Virus record (IMG/VR): IMGVR_UViG_3300006108_000017
Coordinates: 1 to 56,213 of that record
Strand: one strand, 5' to 3'
Origin: a virus
Lineage: Duplodnaviria > Caudoviricetes
DNA length: 56,213 nt
Shown here: piece after piece, positions 44,876 through 54,248 of the stretch
How the letters are laid out: every line of letters begins with the position of its first letter
Numbering within the stretch: the stretch's first letter is position 1
Made by a program: the position numbers and the translations under genes
Notes under the pieces: model-generated
The model's database searches: none
The model's input: only the letters and a program-made list of their open reading frames with translations
Told to the model about the DNA's origin: nothing

Positions 44876-45418
44876 CTAATTTTTGGAGGTTAGACGCCCG
44901 ATAGTTTCAAAAAACTTCAGCGCGGGCTCTACTATAACAGATTTTAACACACTCTCTTTGCGTTGTACACTGTTTTGTTTCGGCGGATTGTTCTTTGCCA
45001 TTGACGTTGCAAGCTGAGCCTTCGTTGGTGGCTCAGGCATTTGAAAGTTGTGACTGCGCTTCACGTTCCGAATCTCCTCCTCTACTCTCAGCTTTAGCAG
45101 AGAGCGGCCATACATGCCCAAGTTTGGATTGTCTGCGATAGTTTCCCAATCACCACCTGGATCGAAGCGCTTTCGCACAGCACCCCAGACATGGCCTCCA
45201 TGGAAGAACGCGAGCTCAACTAGGTTGAAGTCGTTGCCCTTCAGCATATCGTCTGGCCACTGACGGTAGAGCTTCCCGGCTGTTTCGTGACCCGGTTCCG
45301 TGTCGGCTACTTCATACTCGAGCGTGATAAAGGTTGGGACATGCACGCGACTGTCGGTGCTTCTCCGCATTGGATGAGGAGGATCAGGGCGCGGCAGTAC
45401 GATAGGAACGAAGACCAT
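44876..45418 (-). CDS. Hypothetical protein
   Basis: TAATG coupling to uvsW. Confidence 0.65.
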   Translation of the reverse strand: MVFVPIVLPRPDPPHPMRRSTDSRVHVPTFITLEYEVADTEPGHETAGKLYRQWPDDMLKGNDFNLVELAFFHGGHVWGAVRKRFDPGGDWETIADNPNLGMYGRSLLKLRVEEEIRNVKRSHNFQMPEPPTKAQLATSMAKNNPPKQNSVQRKESVLKSVIVEPALKFFETIGRLTSKN

Positions 45419-46881
45419 TACTCACCTTTAACTTTCAACACCACCTTTTTCAGAATGGGGTATTCGGCTTCCTTGTAGTACTTCGATCGCTCTTTGAAGT
45501 GCTTGCGAGCCCAGTTGAGCTTCGAGTGGACGTCGACCACGGCAACGAAGTCCTTGTCACGGCCTCTACGAAGGCCACGGCCGATTGACTGAATGGCCTT
45601 CACGAAGGACTTGCCTGGGTCGATGAGCATCATGCAGAAGATGCGGTCAATGGAGATACCGGTGGATGCGATACCCGCGGACGCGATGACGATGAGGTCA
45701 TCGTGCTCCTCGAACATGTCGTAGTGCTCCTTACGGAGGTCACCGGAGCTTTCACCGTAGAGGAACACTGCTCCCTTGATAAGAGCGGCAAGCTTCTTAC
45801 CGAATGGGATGCTGTTGACCAGCACCAACGTGTTGCCATGGGTAGCGCACTGCGAGATGATAAGGTCGGCGATCTTTTCCATTCGATGAGGAGAGCGGCT
45901 AAGGAATGCGCGCTCGGCATCGTAGTCAGGAAACTCTTCGTCGATGTACATCTCATTGATTTCGACGGGCTGGATTTCAACCTTGGCAAGGTAACCATTG
46001 TCGATGAGCCACTTGGCAGGAACCTGGTGAAGCACCGGTCCGACCGAAGAGAAGAGCGACATTTGGTCGACCTTCGGCTTGGGCAAGGTTCCTGTAACCC
46101 CGAAGCGGAAGGCAATGTGCTTCCCATCTTCATTGAGGATTTTCTGGGCTACGCTTGCCTTGATCCCATGCGCCTCATCCCAGATGACGCACGTGAAGAA
46201 CTTCATCAGCGCTGTGTTGTACTGGAGTGCCTGCCAAGTTGCGACAACGTGCTCATGCTCGATGTCCTTGTTGGCTCCTGAGTAGACACCCACATCCAAA
46301 CCAGCGTTCGCGTACCACTGCACTGTCTGCTTGACAAGGTCATCAGATGGAACGATCGTGATGACGCGATGGCCTGCTTGGGCGTAGACGTGAGAGATCG
46401 CTGCGGTGATGAGTGTCTTACCGGCACCAGTACCAGCGATCAGGAACCCTGAACCAGCTTCGACGGCCTTAGTGACGCACTGGATTTGGTATGGGCGCAG
46501 CTCGATCTTTCGACCTGCTAGATAGACATCACCGAAGATGTCGCATCCTTCAGCCTCGAGAGCGATCCCGATTTCATCAACCTTCGTAACCTTGCAGCTC
46601 AGCTCGGGCTGAGTGAAGAACTTTCGGTTGTCTGTGAACTCAATCTCATAGCCCCACTTCTCGATGTAGGGTAGAATGTCTGGAAGGAGGCGGACGTAGG
46701 TCTTGCCGGTCTTCTCAAAGAACCGGATCTTCCCGTCCCATCTGCCGAGCTTGTACGTTGGCATGAAGAAGTAGCCGTCAACGAAGACGCCAAACTCATT
46801 CCACAGCGTTTCAGCATGGGCAGGGGTAAGACCGGTGATGTAGCACCAGACCTCGTCCTTGACGTTAAGGTAGCACTTCAT
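45418..46881 (-). CDS. uvsW: SF2 DNA helicase UvsW-like
   Basis: LRPYQ, GTGAGKT, DEAH, GVTGT, STGISI and QSIGRGLR. Confidence 0.93.
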   Translation of the reverse strand: MKCYLNVKDEVWCYITGLTPAHAETLWNEFGVFVDGYFFMPTYKLGRWDGKIRFFEKTGKTYVRLLPDILPYIEKWGYEIEFTDNRKFFTQPELSCKVTKVDEIGIALEAEGCDIFGDVYLAGRKIELRPYQIQCVTKAVEAGSGFLIAGTGAGKTLITAAISHVYAQAGHRVITIVPSDDLVKQTVQWYANAGLDVGVYSGANKDIEHEHVVATWQALQYNTALMKFFTCVIWDEAHGIKASVAQKILNEDGKHIAFRFGVTGTLPKPKVDQMSLFSSVGPVLHQVPAKWLIDNGYLAKVEIQPVEINEMYIDEEFPDYDAERAFLSRSPHRMEKIADLIISQCATHGNTLVLVNSIPFGKKLAALIKGAVFLYGESSGDLRKEHYDMFEEHDDLIVIASAGIASTGISIDRIFCMMLIDPGKSFVKAIQSIGRGLRRGRDKDFVAVVDVHSKLNWARKHFKERSKYYKEAEYPILKKVVLKVKGE

Positions 46882-47495
46882 TACGGCTTCGGGTCAAAGA
46901 GGAATACGTAGATGATCTCGTTGTCCTTGGGGTACAGATTGTAGTCTGCCAGCCCAACGGTGAAGTGACGCTCGAGTGCTAGCATCTCAATGAACTCTGA
47001 CCAGCACATGTTAATCGAATGACCATTCGTAGCAAGACCAATCGCGGTCTGAGCGACGCTGATAAACTTGCAGATGCCGATCATCTCGCGAGGAGTAATC
47101 TGGAGCTGCTCGTCAAGCTCAAGGCACATGCCATCTTCAAGGACGATGATGTACTGGCAGTAGATTTTCTCTTTCTTACCGCCAGAGATGATTGCTGTTG
47201 GGTGACCGTTGACACCGGTTGCAACCATGCTGGTCGTTGCTGTTAGCTTCGCGGAGAAACCGCTGCTAGACAGAATACCGGTGACGCCAGTAGTGATATT
47301 GCCCAGTGGTGAACTCGCACTCACTCCGCTTCCGGCTGGGCTAGCAGCTGGAGCTGCGCCTGGTAAACCGCCCGAGGTGATGTTGACTCCACCTACGCCT
47401 GGGATAGGAGCACCAAAGTTTGGAGTCCAGCCGGCACCGGTGAAGGTCATGCCACCGAGATCGTCATCGTCTTCTGCTGAGTTTGGGTCTGACAT
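46881..47495 (-). CDS. Hypothetical protein with Gly/Ser-rich N-terminal half
   Basis: Start MSDPN; TAATG coupling to uvsW. Confidence 0.65.
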   Translation of the reverse strand: MSDPNSAEDDDDLGGMTFTGAGWTPNFGAPIPGVGGVNITSGGLPGAAPAASPAGSGVSASSPLGNITTGVTGILSSSGFSAKLTATTSMVATGVNGHPTAIISGGKKEKIYCQYIIVLEDGMCLELDEQLQITPREMIGICKFISVAQTAIGLATNGHSINMCWSEFIEMLALERHFTVGLADYNLYPKDNEIIYVFLFDPKP

Positions 47496-47505
47496 TTGAT
47501 GGCCT

Positions 47506-47967
47506 TTAAAGAATCGCGTCTTGCAGTTCAGCAATCCGCAGTTTTGTGACGTGACCGCACATCCAGCCCATTTGCTTCAGGGACTCAACGATGGCGTTCA
47601 GATTGTTTTTGAGTACGACGACCTCAATGAGGATTTGGTTAAGCTCGACGATTTCCTGGTCTGCTGCGATGTAGGCCTGAATGTCCTTCGCTGACAGAGC
47701 GCGAGAGTAACCCTCGTTGTATTTCTTCCACAGCTTGCCTACCTTTTTCTCCTTGATGTTGATGATCCAGTCCTCAAGGCCTCGGACCTCTTGGTAGGAT
47801 TGATCGTAGGAGGATTGGTAGTGCGGGAGCGTGCGCATTATTTCTTCGAGGCGGCGACCTTCGAGCTTAAAGATCGGCTCGGCGGCTGCGATCTTGTCCT
47901 CGTACTTGGCAAGCAGAGGTACAATCTCCTCAAGCCGTTCCTCGCTAAGAGTTAGCATAAAGGACAT
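47506..47967 (-). CDS. uvsY: Recombination mediator UvsY-like
   Basis: Helical 153 aa with RALSAKDIQAYI; located between uvsX and uvsW. Confidence 0.75.
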   Translation of the reverse strand: MSFMLTLSEERLEEIVPLLAKYEDKIAAAEPIFKLEGRRLEEIMRTLPHYQSSYDQSYQEVRGLEDWIINIKEKKVGKLWKKYNEGYSRALSAKDIQAYIAADQEIVELNQILIEVVVLKNNLNAIVESLKQMGWMCGHVTKLRIAELQDAIL

Positions 47968-48054
47968 ATCGATTTCCTCGTGGTGAAGTGGGAGGCATCG
48001 GCACCGCCCGATTTCTCAGACGGTGCCTTGCTTAGGTGCAGATATTTACTGCTC

Positions 48055-48258
48055 CTACTTGTCCTCAGAAACCAGACCGATGGACTCGATAACGTCCTTG
48101 ATCTTCTGGTTGAGCTTGCGAGGCGAAACAAATACCTCACGAGCCACGGTAGTAACTTCCTGACCTTCGTACTGGCTGACAGTTGGGTAGGTAAGGATGA
48201 AGCCACCTTTCACGATTTCAATGGTGATCTGGTCACCGTAGGTGTTTAGATTTCCCAT
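48055..48258 (-). CDS. Small hypothetical protein
   Basis: TAATG coupling to uvsX. Confidence 0.65.
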   Translation of the reverse strand: MGNLNTYGDQITIEIVKGGFILTYPTVSQYEGQEVTTVAREVFVSPRKLNQKIKDVIESIGLVSEDK

Positions 48259-49361
48259 TATGCTTCCTCTTCGGTTGCTTCAACCTCGGATGGGGCGATG
48301 AGACCCTCAGCTTCCGCGGTGAAGTTGGCTTCATCAGCCATTAGTTCAAGAACTGAACGCTCAGAAGCCACGATGACCGGATGAGAAAGGATTTTCTCAA
48401 CGAGATCAGCATCCAAGTGCTTCGTTTGGAAGCTGCGAGGTTCCTCGCCTGGGATTTCCAGCTTCTTCCATGCGCCGGCAGACTTGACCACGCCCATGTC
48501 TTCCATCATATCGAGGAAGCCAGAGTAGGGGTTCATGCCCTTGGAGTATGGAACTTCAACCTCGACGCGGGTTCCGACTTGAGCGAATCGAGACTTGTAG
48601 GTCTCGACCTTCATTCGGACACCAACAACCTCACCACCTTCCTTCAGCTTGGCTGGGACGATGAGGAGGATTTGAGAAGCTGAGTAGCGGATTGCGTTGT
48701 TGACAATCCACAGTCCCTGACCATTCATCAGATCGGCGTTCGGATAGACCTGGTGAGTGACGATAAAGGACATTGGATTGCGCTTGACACGCGAGACGAG
48801 GGTACGAAGCATGTGCTTCGACTGCTTGGCGCGCTGACCTTGGTCGCCCTTTTGAACACCCGTGTTGAAGTGCTCATTTTCGGAGTCCGTGATCAGCATG
48901 TCGATCGAGTCAAGAGCGATGACAACTGGAGGGCTGTCAGGATTGTCTCGGCCGTAGGCCTTCTCATAGTCCGTGATGAACTCTGAAACGACCTTCACAA
49001 CGTCCGCAAACGTAGTGACGCCGGCGTAGAGGAACTTATCCTCTCCGGTGTCAACACCAATCTTTCGGAGGTACCCGATGTCCATGGCGTTTTCGGAGTC
49101 AAGCATCAGAATGAAGGCGCCCTGCTTTTGGGCGTTCATGACGATGTTGGAGAGGATGAATGACTTACCAGCACCGGAAGGACCGGCGAGGCAGGTGATA
49201 CGACCTTGAGGGATACCCTTTTTGAAGGAGCCCGAGATCGTCTTGTTGAGCGCGAGGTTACCGGTCGAGTACCAGAACTTTGGCGGACCAAAGTCGGTTA
49301 CGATAGTGTCCATCTTGCTCAGTGTCTTTTTGAAGTCCTTAAGAAAGGAAAGTCCAGCCAT
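48258..49361 (-). CDS. uvsX: RecA-like recombinase UvsX
   Basis: GIPQGRI, GPSGAGKS, DSENA, LDSI and YKSRF. Confidence 0.93.
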   Translation of the reverse strand: MAGLSFLKDFKKTLSKMDTIVTDFGPPKFWYSTGNLALNKTISGSFKKGIPQGRITCLAGPSGAGKSFILSNIVMNAQKQGAFILMLDSENAMDIGYLRKIGVDTGEDKFLYAGVTTFADVVKVVSEFITDYEKAYGRDNPDSPPVVIALDSIDMLITDSENEHFNTGVQKGDQGQRAKQSKHMLRTLVSRVKRNPMSFIVTHQVYPNADLMNGQGLWIVNNAIRYSASQILLIVPAKLKEGGEVVGVRMKVETYKSRFAQVGTRVEVEVPYSKGMNPYSGFLDMMEDMGVVKSAGAWKKLEIPGEEPRSFQTKHLDADLVEKILSHPVIVASERSVLELMADEANFTAEAEGLIAPSEVEATEEEA

Positions 49362-49386
49362 GTGTAGCTCCTTGTGCTGTTAGGCT

Positions 49387-49408
49387 AGGAGAGACTTTCG
49401 TCTCTCCT
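49387..49408 (-). other. GAAA-capped stem-loop between SSB and uvsX
   Basis: GGAGAGAC-GAAA-GTCTCTCC with no U-tract. Confidence 0.55.
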
Positions 49409-49416
49409 TAGCGTGA

Positions 49417-50307
49417 TTAGTCAGCCTTTGCGGCTGCAGCACGGGCGCGGAGCTGCTCGAGGATCGAGCTAGACTTTGAACCACCTTCGCTTGCAGCAGG
49501 AGCTGCAGTTTCTTCTTCAGCCGGAGCTGCAGCCTTCGTTTCGACGCGAGCAGGAGCTGGCTTCGAAGTAGCGGCTGGGGTAGAAGCAGGAGCAGCTGCC
49601 TCTTCGCCATCTTCGAAGGCTTGACCGGTCTGGTCAGCAACGAGGAGAGCTTCGACGGTAGCCAGATCAGGCTTCTTGCCGCGGTAGTCAGCGAGGTTGT
49701 AGAGGTTCAGGCTCTCGATGATCTCGTCATCGAGGTCAGTTTGCTTCGGCGCGAAGCTCGAAGTGGTGTACGAGGCGTACTGACCAGACTTCGTCTTCTT
49801 GATGCGGAAGTTGTAGCCGCCCTTGAACTCGTAAGGGGCATCTTCGAGGTCACCAGACTGGAATGCAGCTTGGATTTGCTTGAAGACGGCCGGTCCGAAC
49901 TCGATGAGCTTGACCAGTTGCGATTGGTCGTGTTCGATTGGGCTCTCGATTACGATCACCTGACCGATGTAGGACTTCTTGCGGTAGTACTTCTTGCCCA
50001 TGTCCTCGTTCTTCTCGTCGTAGTACTTACGCGAGAGTTCGCAGATGGGGCACTTCTCACCGTGCATGGTGAGGCAAGGGACCTTCTTCTTCTGGCCATT
50101 GACCACCAGCTCGTGCTGGAGGTTTTCAACCAGGAAGCCCAGGTCAGTATCGCTGTCGAGATCGGGAAGGAAGCGGACCACCGCAGTGGCGTCATCTGGC
50201 ATTTTCCAGAAGGGATAGAAGAGCTTCCAGGACTGGTCGCCGCCGCCACCAGTGTTCTTCTTATCAAAAGCAGCCTTGAGGGCTTCGAGCTTGTTCTTTG
50301 CAGACAT
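49417..50307 (-). CDS. ssb: Single-stranded DNA-binding protein (T4 gp32-like)
   Basis: VVRFLPD, CLTMHGEKCPICE, GYNFRIKK and YTTSSF; AGGAG RBS; CATAAATA at 50374..50381. Confidence 0.92.
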   Translation of the reverse strand: MSAKNKLEALKAAFDKKNTGGGGDQSWKLFYPFWKMPDDATAVVRFLPDLDSDTDLGFLVENLQHELVVNGQKKKVPCLTMHGEKCPICELSRKYYDEKNEDMGKKYYRKKSYIGQVIVIESPIEHDQSQLVKLIEFGPAVFKQIQAAFQSGDLEDAPYEFKGGYNFRIKKTKSGQYASYTTSSFAPKQTDLDDEIIESLNLYNLADYRGKKPDLATVEALLVADQTGQAFEDGEEAAAPASTPAATSKPAPARVETKAAAPAEEETAAPAASEGGSKSSSILEQLRARAAAAKAD

Positions 50308-50460
50308 TTGTTTTCTCCTAAACGTGATAAAGTTTTCAAACCACAAAAGTGTGACATCATTAGACGCACAAACTATTTATGGGGTCCATAACCAGGGCTC
50401 AACCAGAGCCAAATTATTTTTCAGCGAGAGGGCCCATATCGGGCGTCAACACCCTCGGCA

Positions 50461-50488
50461 AACAGAAAAGGCTGCCTGAAAGCAGCCC
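50461..50488 (-). terminator. Intrinsic terminator
   Basis: GGCTGCT-TTC-AGGCAGCC-TTTTCTGTT-type hairpin plus T-run. Confidence 0.7.
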
Positions 50489-50493
50489 TCTCC

Positions 50494-51045
50494 TTAGCCC
50501 AGGTGGAGTGTCATGGTTGTGGGTTCAACACCCAGACCATCGACGTGCAGGATGAAGTCGGCTTCAGAGCCGAGCAGCATGGCCTGCTGCCGCATGTACA
50601 TGTCCCTGACGACGTGCTCAGGGACGGACTTATCTCCACGCGTGCTTTGACGATCGATGACCGTCTGCAGGGGAGCGTGCACCTCAACGGCGCAGATAGA
50701 GAAGCCCTTCTGGCGAGCTTCCTGGATCCAACGAGCGCGCGACTTGCGGGTCAGGTTGGTGTTATCAACGAACAGAACATCCGCCTTGAGGGCTTCGTTC
50801 CATTCCTTGTTCACGTGGTTGTTGAACTCAGCCGGCTTTTCATTCGCGTAGGCGAATGCACCAGCGTAGACGGCCGCTTCCGAAGGGCGGCCAGTTGCTG
50901 GACCGCTCTTGAAGAAGAACGACAGGCGGCAATCGTCCAAAGAGAACGTCTTCACCGTGCCTTCAGCTTTTTCAGCCAGAGCTCGCATGGCGGTGGACTT
51001 GCCAGCACCCGAAACCCCAACCATGATGTAGCAAGTCTTAGGCAT
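50494..51045 (-). CDS. Polynucleotide-kinase-like P-loop kinase (AAA_33)
   Basis: GVSGAGKST, SLDDCR, VDNTNL..R and RQSTR..VP; TAATG coupling to the HD gene. Confidence 0.85.
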   Translation of the reverse strand: MPKTCYIMVGVSGAGKSTAMRALAEKAEGTVKTFSLDDCRLSFFFKSGPATGRPSEAAVYAGAFAYANEKPAEFNNHVNKEWNEALKADVLFVDNTNLTRKSRARWIQEARQKGFSICAVEVHAPLQTVIDRQSTRGDKSVPEHVVRDMYMRQQAMLLGSEADFILHVDGLGVEPTTMTLHLG

Positions 51046-51659
51046 TAGACGCTTTCCCATTCGTTCATCCAGACATCCACCGCGGCCAGCTTTTCAGCTT
51101 GACCATCAGAGATGCGGCCGTGTTGATCGCTCAGCAGCAGGTCCAGCCAGGCGCGATGTCCAGCTTCACCCATGCGCAGCATGAAGGAGTCTTTCAGGTT
51201 CTTCCGCTTGGCCTTGTCCTTCAGACCGAACGGGACGTGGTACTCCAGCATCATCGAGATGTTGGACACGTCCTCGATAGAGAACTTCAAAAGGTCCTTG
51301 GTCAGATGGCGGTTAGCCAGAGCGTAATCAACCCAGATGCGGGCGGACAGCTGCTCATGCCCGTGGTACGCTCGGTATTCGCCACGCTCCTCAGAGAACT
51401 TGGTGATCTCCGCAGGGGGCTTGCCGACATCGTGGAAGAGACACGCGACCAGCGTGGTCATGCGTTGAGTGTCTGACCGCTTGTCGGCCAGATTTTCCAT
51501 GTACCACTCGATCAGCATGCGAGTGTGAACTCCAACGTTCTCCTCGCGGTGCCAGGGAGAGTCCTCACGCGTGTTGACCATCGCCAACCAGAGGTCCGTC
51601 TTTCGGAACTCCGCGAAGAAGGCGTTGAAGTTGGTAACTGCGTCGGACTTTACAGACAT
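51045..51659 (-). CDS. HD-domain phosphohydrolase (RNA-repair type)
   Basis: SPWHRE..VGVHT, FHDVGK, HGHEQLSA and SDQHGR; own GGAGA RBS and promoter. Confidence 0.85.
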   Translation of the reverse strand: MSVKSDAVTNFNAFFAEFRKTDLWLAMVNTREDSPWHREENVGVHTRMLIEWYMENLADKRSDTQRMTTLVACLFHDVGKPPAEITKFSEERGEYRAYHGHEQLSARIWVDYALANRHLTKDLLKFSIEDVSNISMMLEYHVPFGLKDKAKRKNLKDSFMLRMGEAGHRAWLDLLLSDQHGRISDGQAEKLAAVDVWMNEWESV

Positions 51660-51681
51660 TCGTGGCTCTCCAATCTTTAAG

Positions 51682-51711
51682 ATTGTATCACGCGTGTCTG
51701 CAAAAGTAAAC
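51682..51711 (-). promoter_or_regulatory. Early promoter inside the apparent fused ORF
   Basis: GTTTAC...TACAAT. Confidence 0.7.
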
Positions 51712-51721
51712 AGGGAAAGTG

Positions 51722-52019
51722 CTATTCCCTCCCAAAAAACTTCGTCGAGCATGTCTTCGAGAAGATGCATCGGCTCAGAGTCGGAGGCGCCCGTATCGGA
51801 ATAGACTGCCATGACGGCCATCATGTCGCGATAGACCTCATTTCGGTTTTTCCCCGCGTTCACAGACGCGGCGAAGGTCTTGTTCAGATCGACCGCGGCC
51901 TTAGCGCAGCGGCGCTGCATCTTCTTGTCCTCGTCGTGGGTGTAGAGGTCCCACTTGTCGGCAGAGAAAGTCGGGGTTTCGATTTTGGTGGTGCGCTTCA
52001 GAACGTTCACGAGGCCCAT
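51722..52019 (-). CDS. Hypothetical protein; as written reads through into the HD gene (probable +1 T in a T6 run)
   Basis: Removing one base at 51734..51739 gives EVFGRE* ending at TAG 51722. Confidence 0.55.
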
Positions 52020-52231
52020 GGACCGGTTCCTTCTTGCTTGGGGGTGTACTTGAACCAACGGACGAAGCCGATGGTCTTGCCTTTCTTGTCGACCTTAATC
52101 CGAACTCCGCAGAGCCAGATCACGATGATGAAGAGGAGCATGAGGACCCATGCAACCATCATCCAGATGGTGAAGAGGGTGGCTGCGATCACGCTGACCA
52201 GAAGTTGGAAAAACTCAGAGAGGGTCTTCAT
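52007..52231 (-). CDS. Small membrane protein
   Basis: Long hydrophobic stretch followed by a basic tail. Confidence 0.65.
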   Translation of the reverse strand: MKTLSEFFQLLVSVIAATLFTIWMMVAWVLMLLFIIVIWLCGVRIKVDKKGKTIGFVRWFKYTPKQEGTGPWAS

Positions 52232-52233
52232 GA

Positions 52234-52557
52234 TCAATCCATCCGCGTTGCGGAGTAGGCAGTGTAGCCTGCCTCCTTGAGAACATCCGAGAAGGCACGA
52301 GCACCGGCAGCCTTAGCGTCCATGCACTGCGTGGAATGCTGCGAAGGGTTCCAGACGGTCCATCCGCCGTAGTACTCGTCGCGGCGGCCGAGACCCATCT
52401 TCTTCATCTCGTTGACGAGAGGACCGCGAGCGGGCTTGATGTTGACCCACGCGAAACCGCAGGGGTACCATTGATCGGGATGCTGCTTGATATATTCAGC
52501 AGTGGCAGAGATAGCCGCGTTCTGGGCTTTCTCGATGAGGGCTTTGATATCCGACAT
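52234..52557 (-). CDS. Hypothetical phage protein
   Basis: Start MSDIK behind AAGGA; PCGFAWV and QCMDAKAAGA. Confidence 0.75.
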   Translation of the reverse strand: MSDIKALIEKAQNAAISATAEYIKQHPDQWYPCGFAWVNIKPARGPLVNEMKKMGLGRRDEYYGGWTVWNPSQHSTQCMDAKAAGARAFSDVLKEAGYTAYSATRMD

Positions 52558-52570
52558 CTGTCTTGTCCTT

Positions 52571-52939
52571 TCAGAGCTGAACGATTTCGAAGCGGTTCTT
52601 GCCAACCGCCTTGAGGGTGCCAATCTTCTTGGCGCTGCCGGGATAGTTAGAGAAGAAGTAGTCGTCGACGGTGACACCGTTGAAGTTGTCGGGAGCCTCA
52701 AAGACTCCAGCACCGTCCGTGAACTCGCAGGCATAAAGGCTGATACCCTTTGCCTTGTGCGCGTGGCGCGACTTGCGACCGGCAGCTTCCTTGGTGCTGA
52801 TGATGCGGGCGAGATAGCCGTCTTCATAAAGACGGCTGACCGGCTTGTAAGCGTAGCCGATGAGAGCCACGGCGATCTTCTCACCATCGCGGATAACCGT
52901 GCGAGTGGGAGATTTTGCGGTATAGACGTAGGAACCCAT
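52571..52939 (-). CDS. Hypothetical early protein
   Basis: AAGGAG RBS; promoter at 52971..52999. Confidence 0.7.
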   Translation of the reverse strand: MGSYVYTAKSPTRTVIRDGEKIAVALIGYAYKPVSRLYEDGYLARIISTKEAAGRKSRHAHKAKGISLYACEFTDGAGVFEAPDNFNGVTVDDYFFSNYPGSAKKIGTLKAVGKNRFEIVQL

Positions 52940-52970
52940 CAGAAAGTCTCCTTAGCCATTTGTTATTCTT

Positions 52971-53005
52971 ATCTTATACAGAACCGTCAGGTTGTAAACA
53001 GGAAA
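52971..53005 (-). promoter_or_regulatory. Early promoter containing copy 2 of the 28-bp repeat
   Basis: GTTTACA...TAAGAT; 52978..53005 equals 4615..4642. Confidence 0.8.
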
Positions 53006-53040
53006 GAGGCGGAGCCCGCCTCTTTCCCAGGTTCACATTT

Positions 53041-53469
53041 TCAGAAGTGGGGATTGCGTTCGTCGCGGTGACCTTGAACCAGCGACCAGGTTCCGCCAGC
53101 CTTGCGCCAGGAACCGGTTGTCTTCCGGCGGCGGTAGGTGCTTCCTGTAGAAGTGATGACGTTCAAAGTGTTCGTGATCCGAACGATTTCACCGTCGGGG
53201 TAAGAATCGCCGTTGAAGGAGTAGGAGACCTTGTCTCCAACCGCGGGAGCCTTGATGATGTCGTAGCGAGGGTAGCAGCCGCGACCAGCATCAGTACCAA
53301 CGTGAAGGCTGCCAGTCAGCTTCGTGACCTGAGCTGCAAGGGCCTCAACTTCTTCGTGGGACTTCCAATCCCACCGGCACTTCAGGTTGGGATTGCCGCG
53401 GTGGCTTTCGACTTCGTTTCCGCTGAGGACCGAAGCGACTTCGTTTTCGTTCATGAGGAGGTACAGCAT
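53041..53469 (-). CDS. Hypothetical early protein
   Basis: GGAGA RBS; promoter GTGTACA...TATAAT at 53496..53524. Confidence 0.75.
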   Translation of the reverse strand: MLYLLMNENEVASVLSGNEVESHRGNPNLKCRWDWKSHEEVEALAAQVTKLTGSLHVGTDAGRGCYPRYDIIKAPAVGDKVSYSFNGDSYPDGEIVRITNTLNVITSTGSTYRRRKTTGSWRKAGGTWSLVQGHRDERNPHF

Positions 53470-53553
53470 TTTGATTGTCTCCAGTTGATATAATGATTAT
53501 ACCTCGGGACATCAGGATGTACACAGGCAAAATGCAACCTGTGGAACTTTTTC

Positions 53554-53856
53554 TTACGTGTTGAACACGAACACCTTGACGTTGTCAAGGGCCGGGTTCG
53601 TATTGTTCTCGTGGACGTCGAAGCGCCAGTACGTGATGTCGCCATCAGCGTCACGATCGATTTTCGTCAGCGTGAAGTAGGCGGTGTTTCCGGTTTTTTG
53701 AGAGCGAATCCCAAAGCCCACCGCCATGTCGTCTCGGAACAGGGTGCGAAGGCATCCACGAACCTGTGAGATATCCGTGAAGAAGGCGTTCTTCTCCTTG
53801 TCCCACGTGAAGAGGTTCGACGGATAGATTTCCCCAACGACGTTAGAGATGCTCAT
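53554..53856 (-). CDS. Hypothetical protein
   Basis: GAGGA RBS; ATGA overlap. Confidence 0.7.
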   Translation of the reverse strand: MSISNVVGEIYPSNLFTWDKEKNAFFTDISQVRGCLRTLFRDDMAVGFGIRSQKTGNTAYFTLTKIDRDADGDITYWRFDVHENNTNPALDNVKVFVFNT

Positions 53857-53957
53857 GCAGCTTCCTCCTCGGGGAAAACTTCCTCATCGTTCGCATGATG
53901 CACATCGTACATTTCGCGAAGAGCTTGTTCTTCTTCAGCTGTAAGTTCGATGAACAT
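53853..53957 (-). CDS. Acidic 34-aa peptide
   Basis: MFIELTAEEEQALREMYDVHHANDEEVFPEEEAA; AAGGA RBS; promoter GTTTACA...TATGAT at 53983..54012. Confidence 0.55.
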   Translation of the reverse strand: MFIELTAEEEQALREMYDVHHANDEEVFPEEEAA

Positions 53958-54020
53958 GAGGTCGTCCTTCAGATTAGGATTGATCATACACCGCTTTTGT
54001 CAGGATGTAAACAGAAAAAG

Positions 54021-54248
54021 CTATTCGATGGGCAAAGAATCCAGCCAAGCCATTCCTTCTTCCATCGTATCGAAGAGGAGACCATCGGCCTTCCATTCGG
54101 CGGCGCACTTCTGACAGAAGGAAGCCGAGACGAGGACAGGGTGGAACCCTTCGACAGGATCGCAATCCTCGTCCTTATAGAAGACCATGACGTCTTCTTC
54201 ATTGGGGCCGAGAACGTGGCCGCAGCTTGCAGTGATTGATCCCATCAT
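54021..54248 (-). CDS. Small zinc-ribbon-like protein
   Basis: SCGH...CQKC; ATGA overlap. Confidence 0.6.
   Translation of the reverse strand: MMGSITASCGHVLGPNEEDVMVFYKDEDCDPVEGFHPVLVSASFCQKCAAEWKADGLLFDTMEEGMAWLDSLPIE

Noticed and set aside
50308-50372. T4 gene 32-type autoregulatory pseudoknot
   Set aside because: The leader is AT-rich but I could not build a convincing pseudoknot by eye
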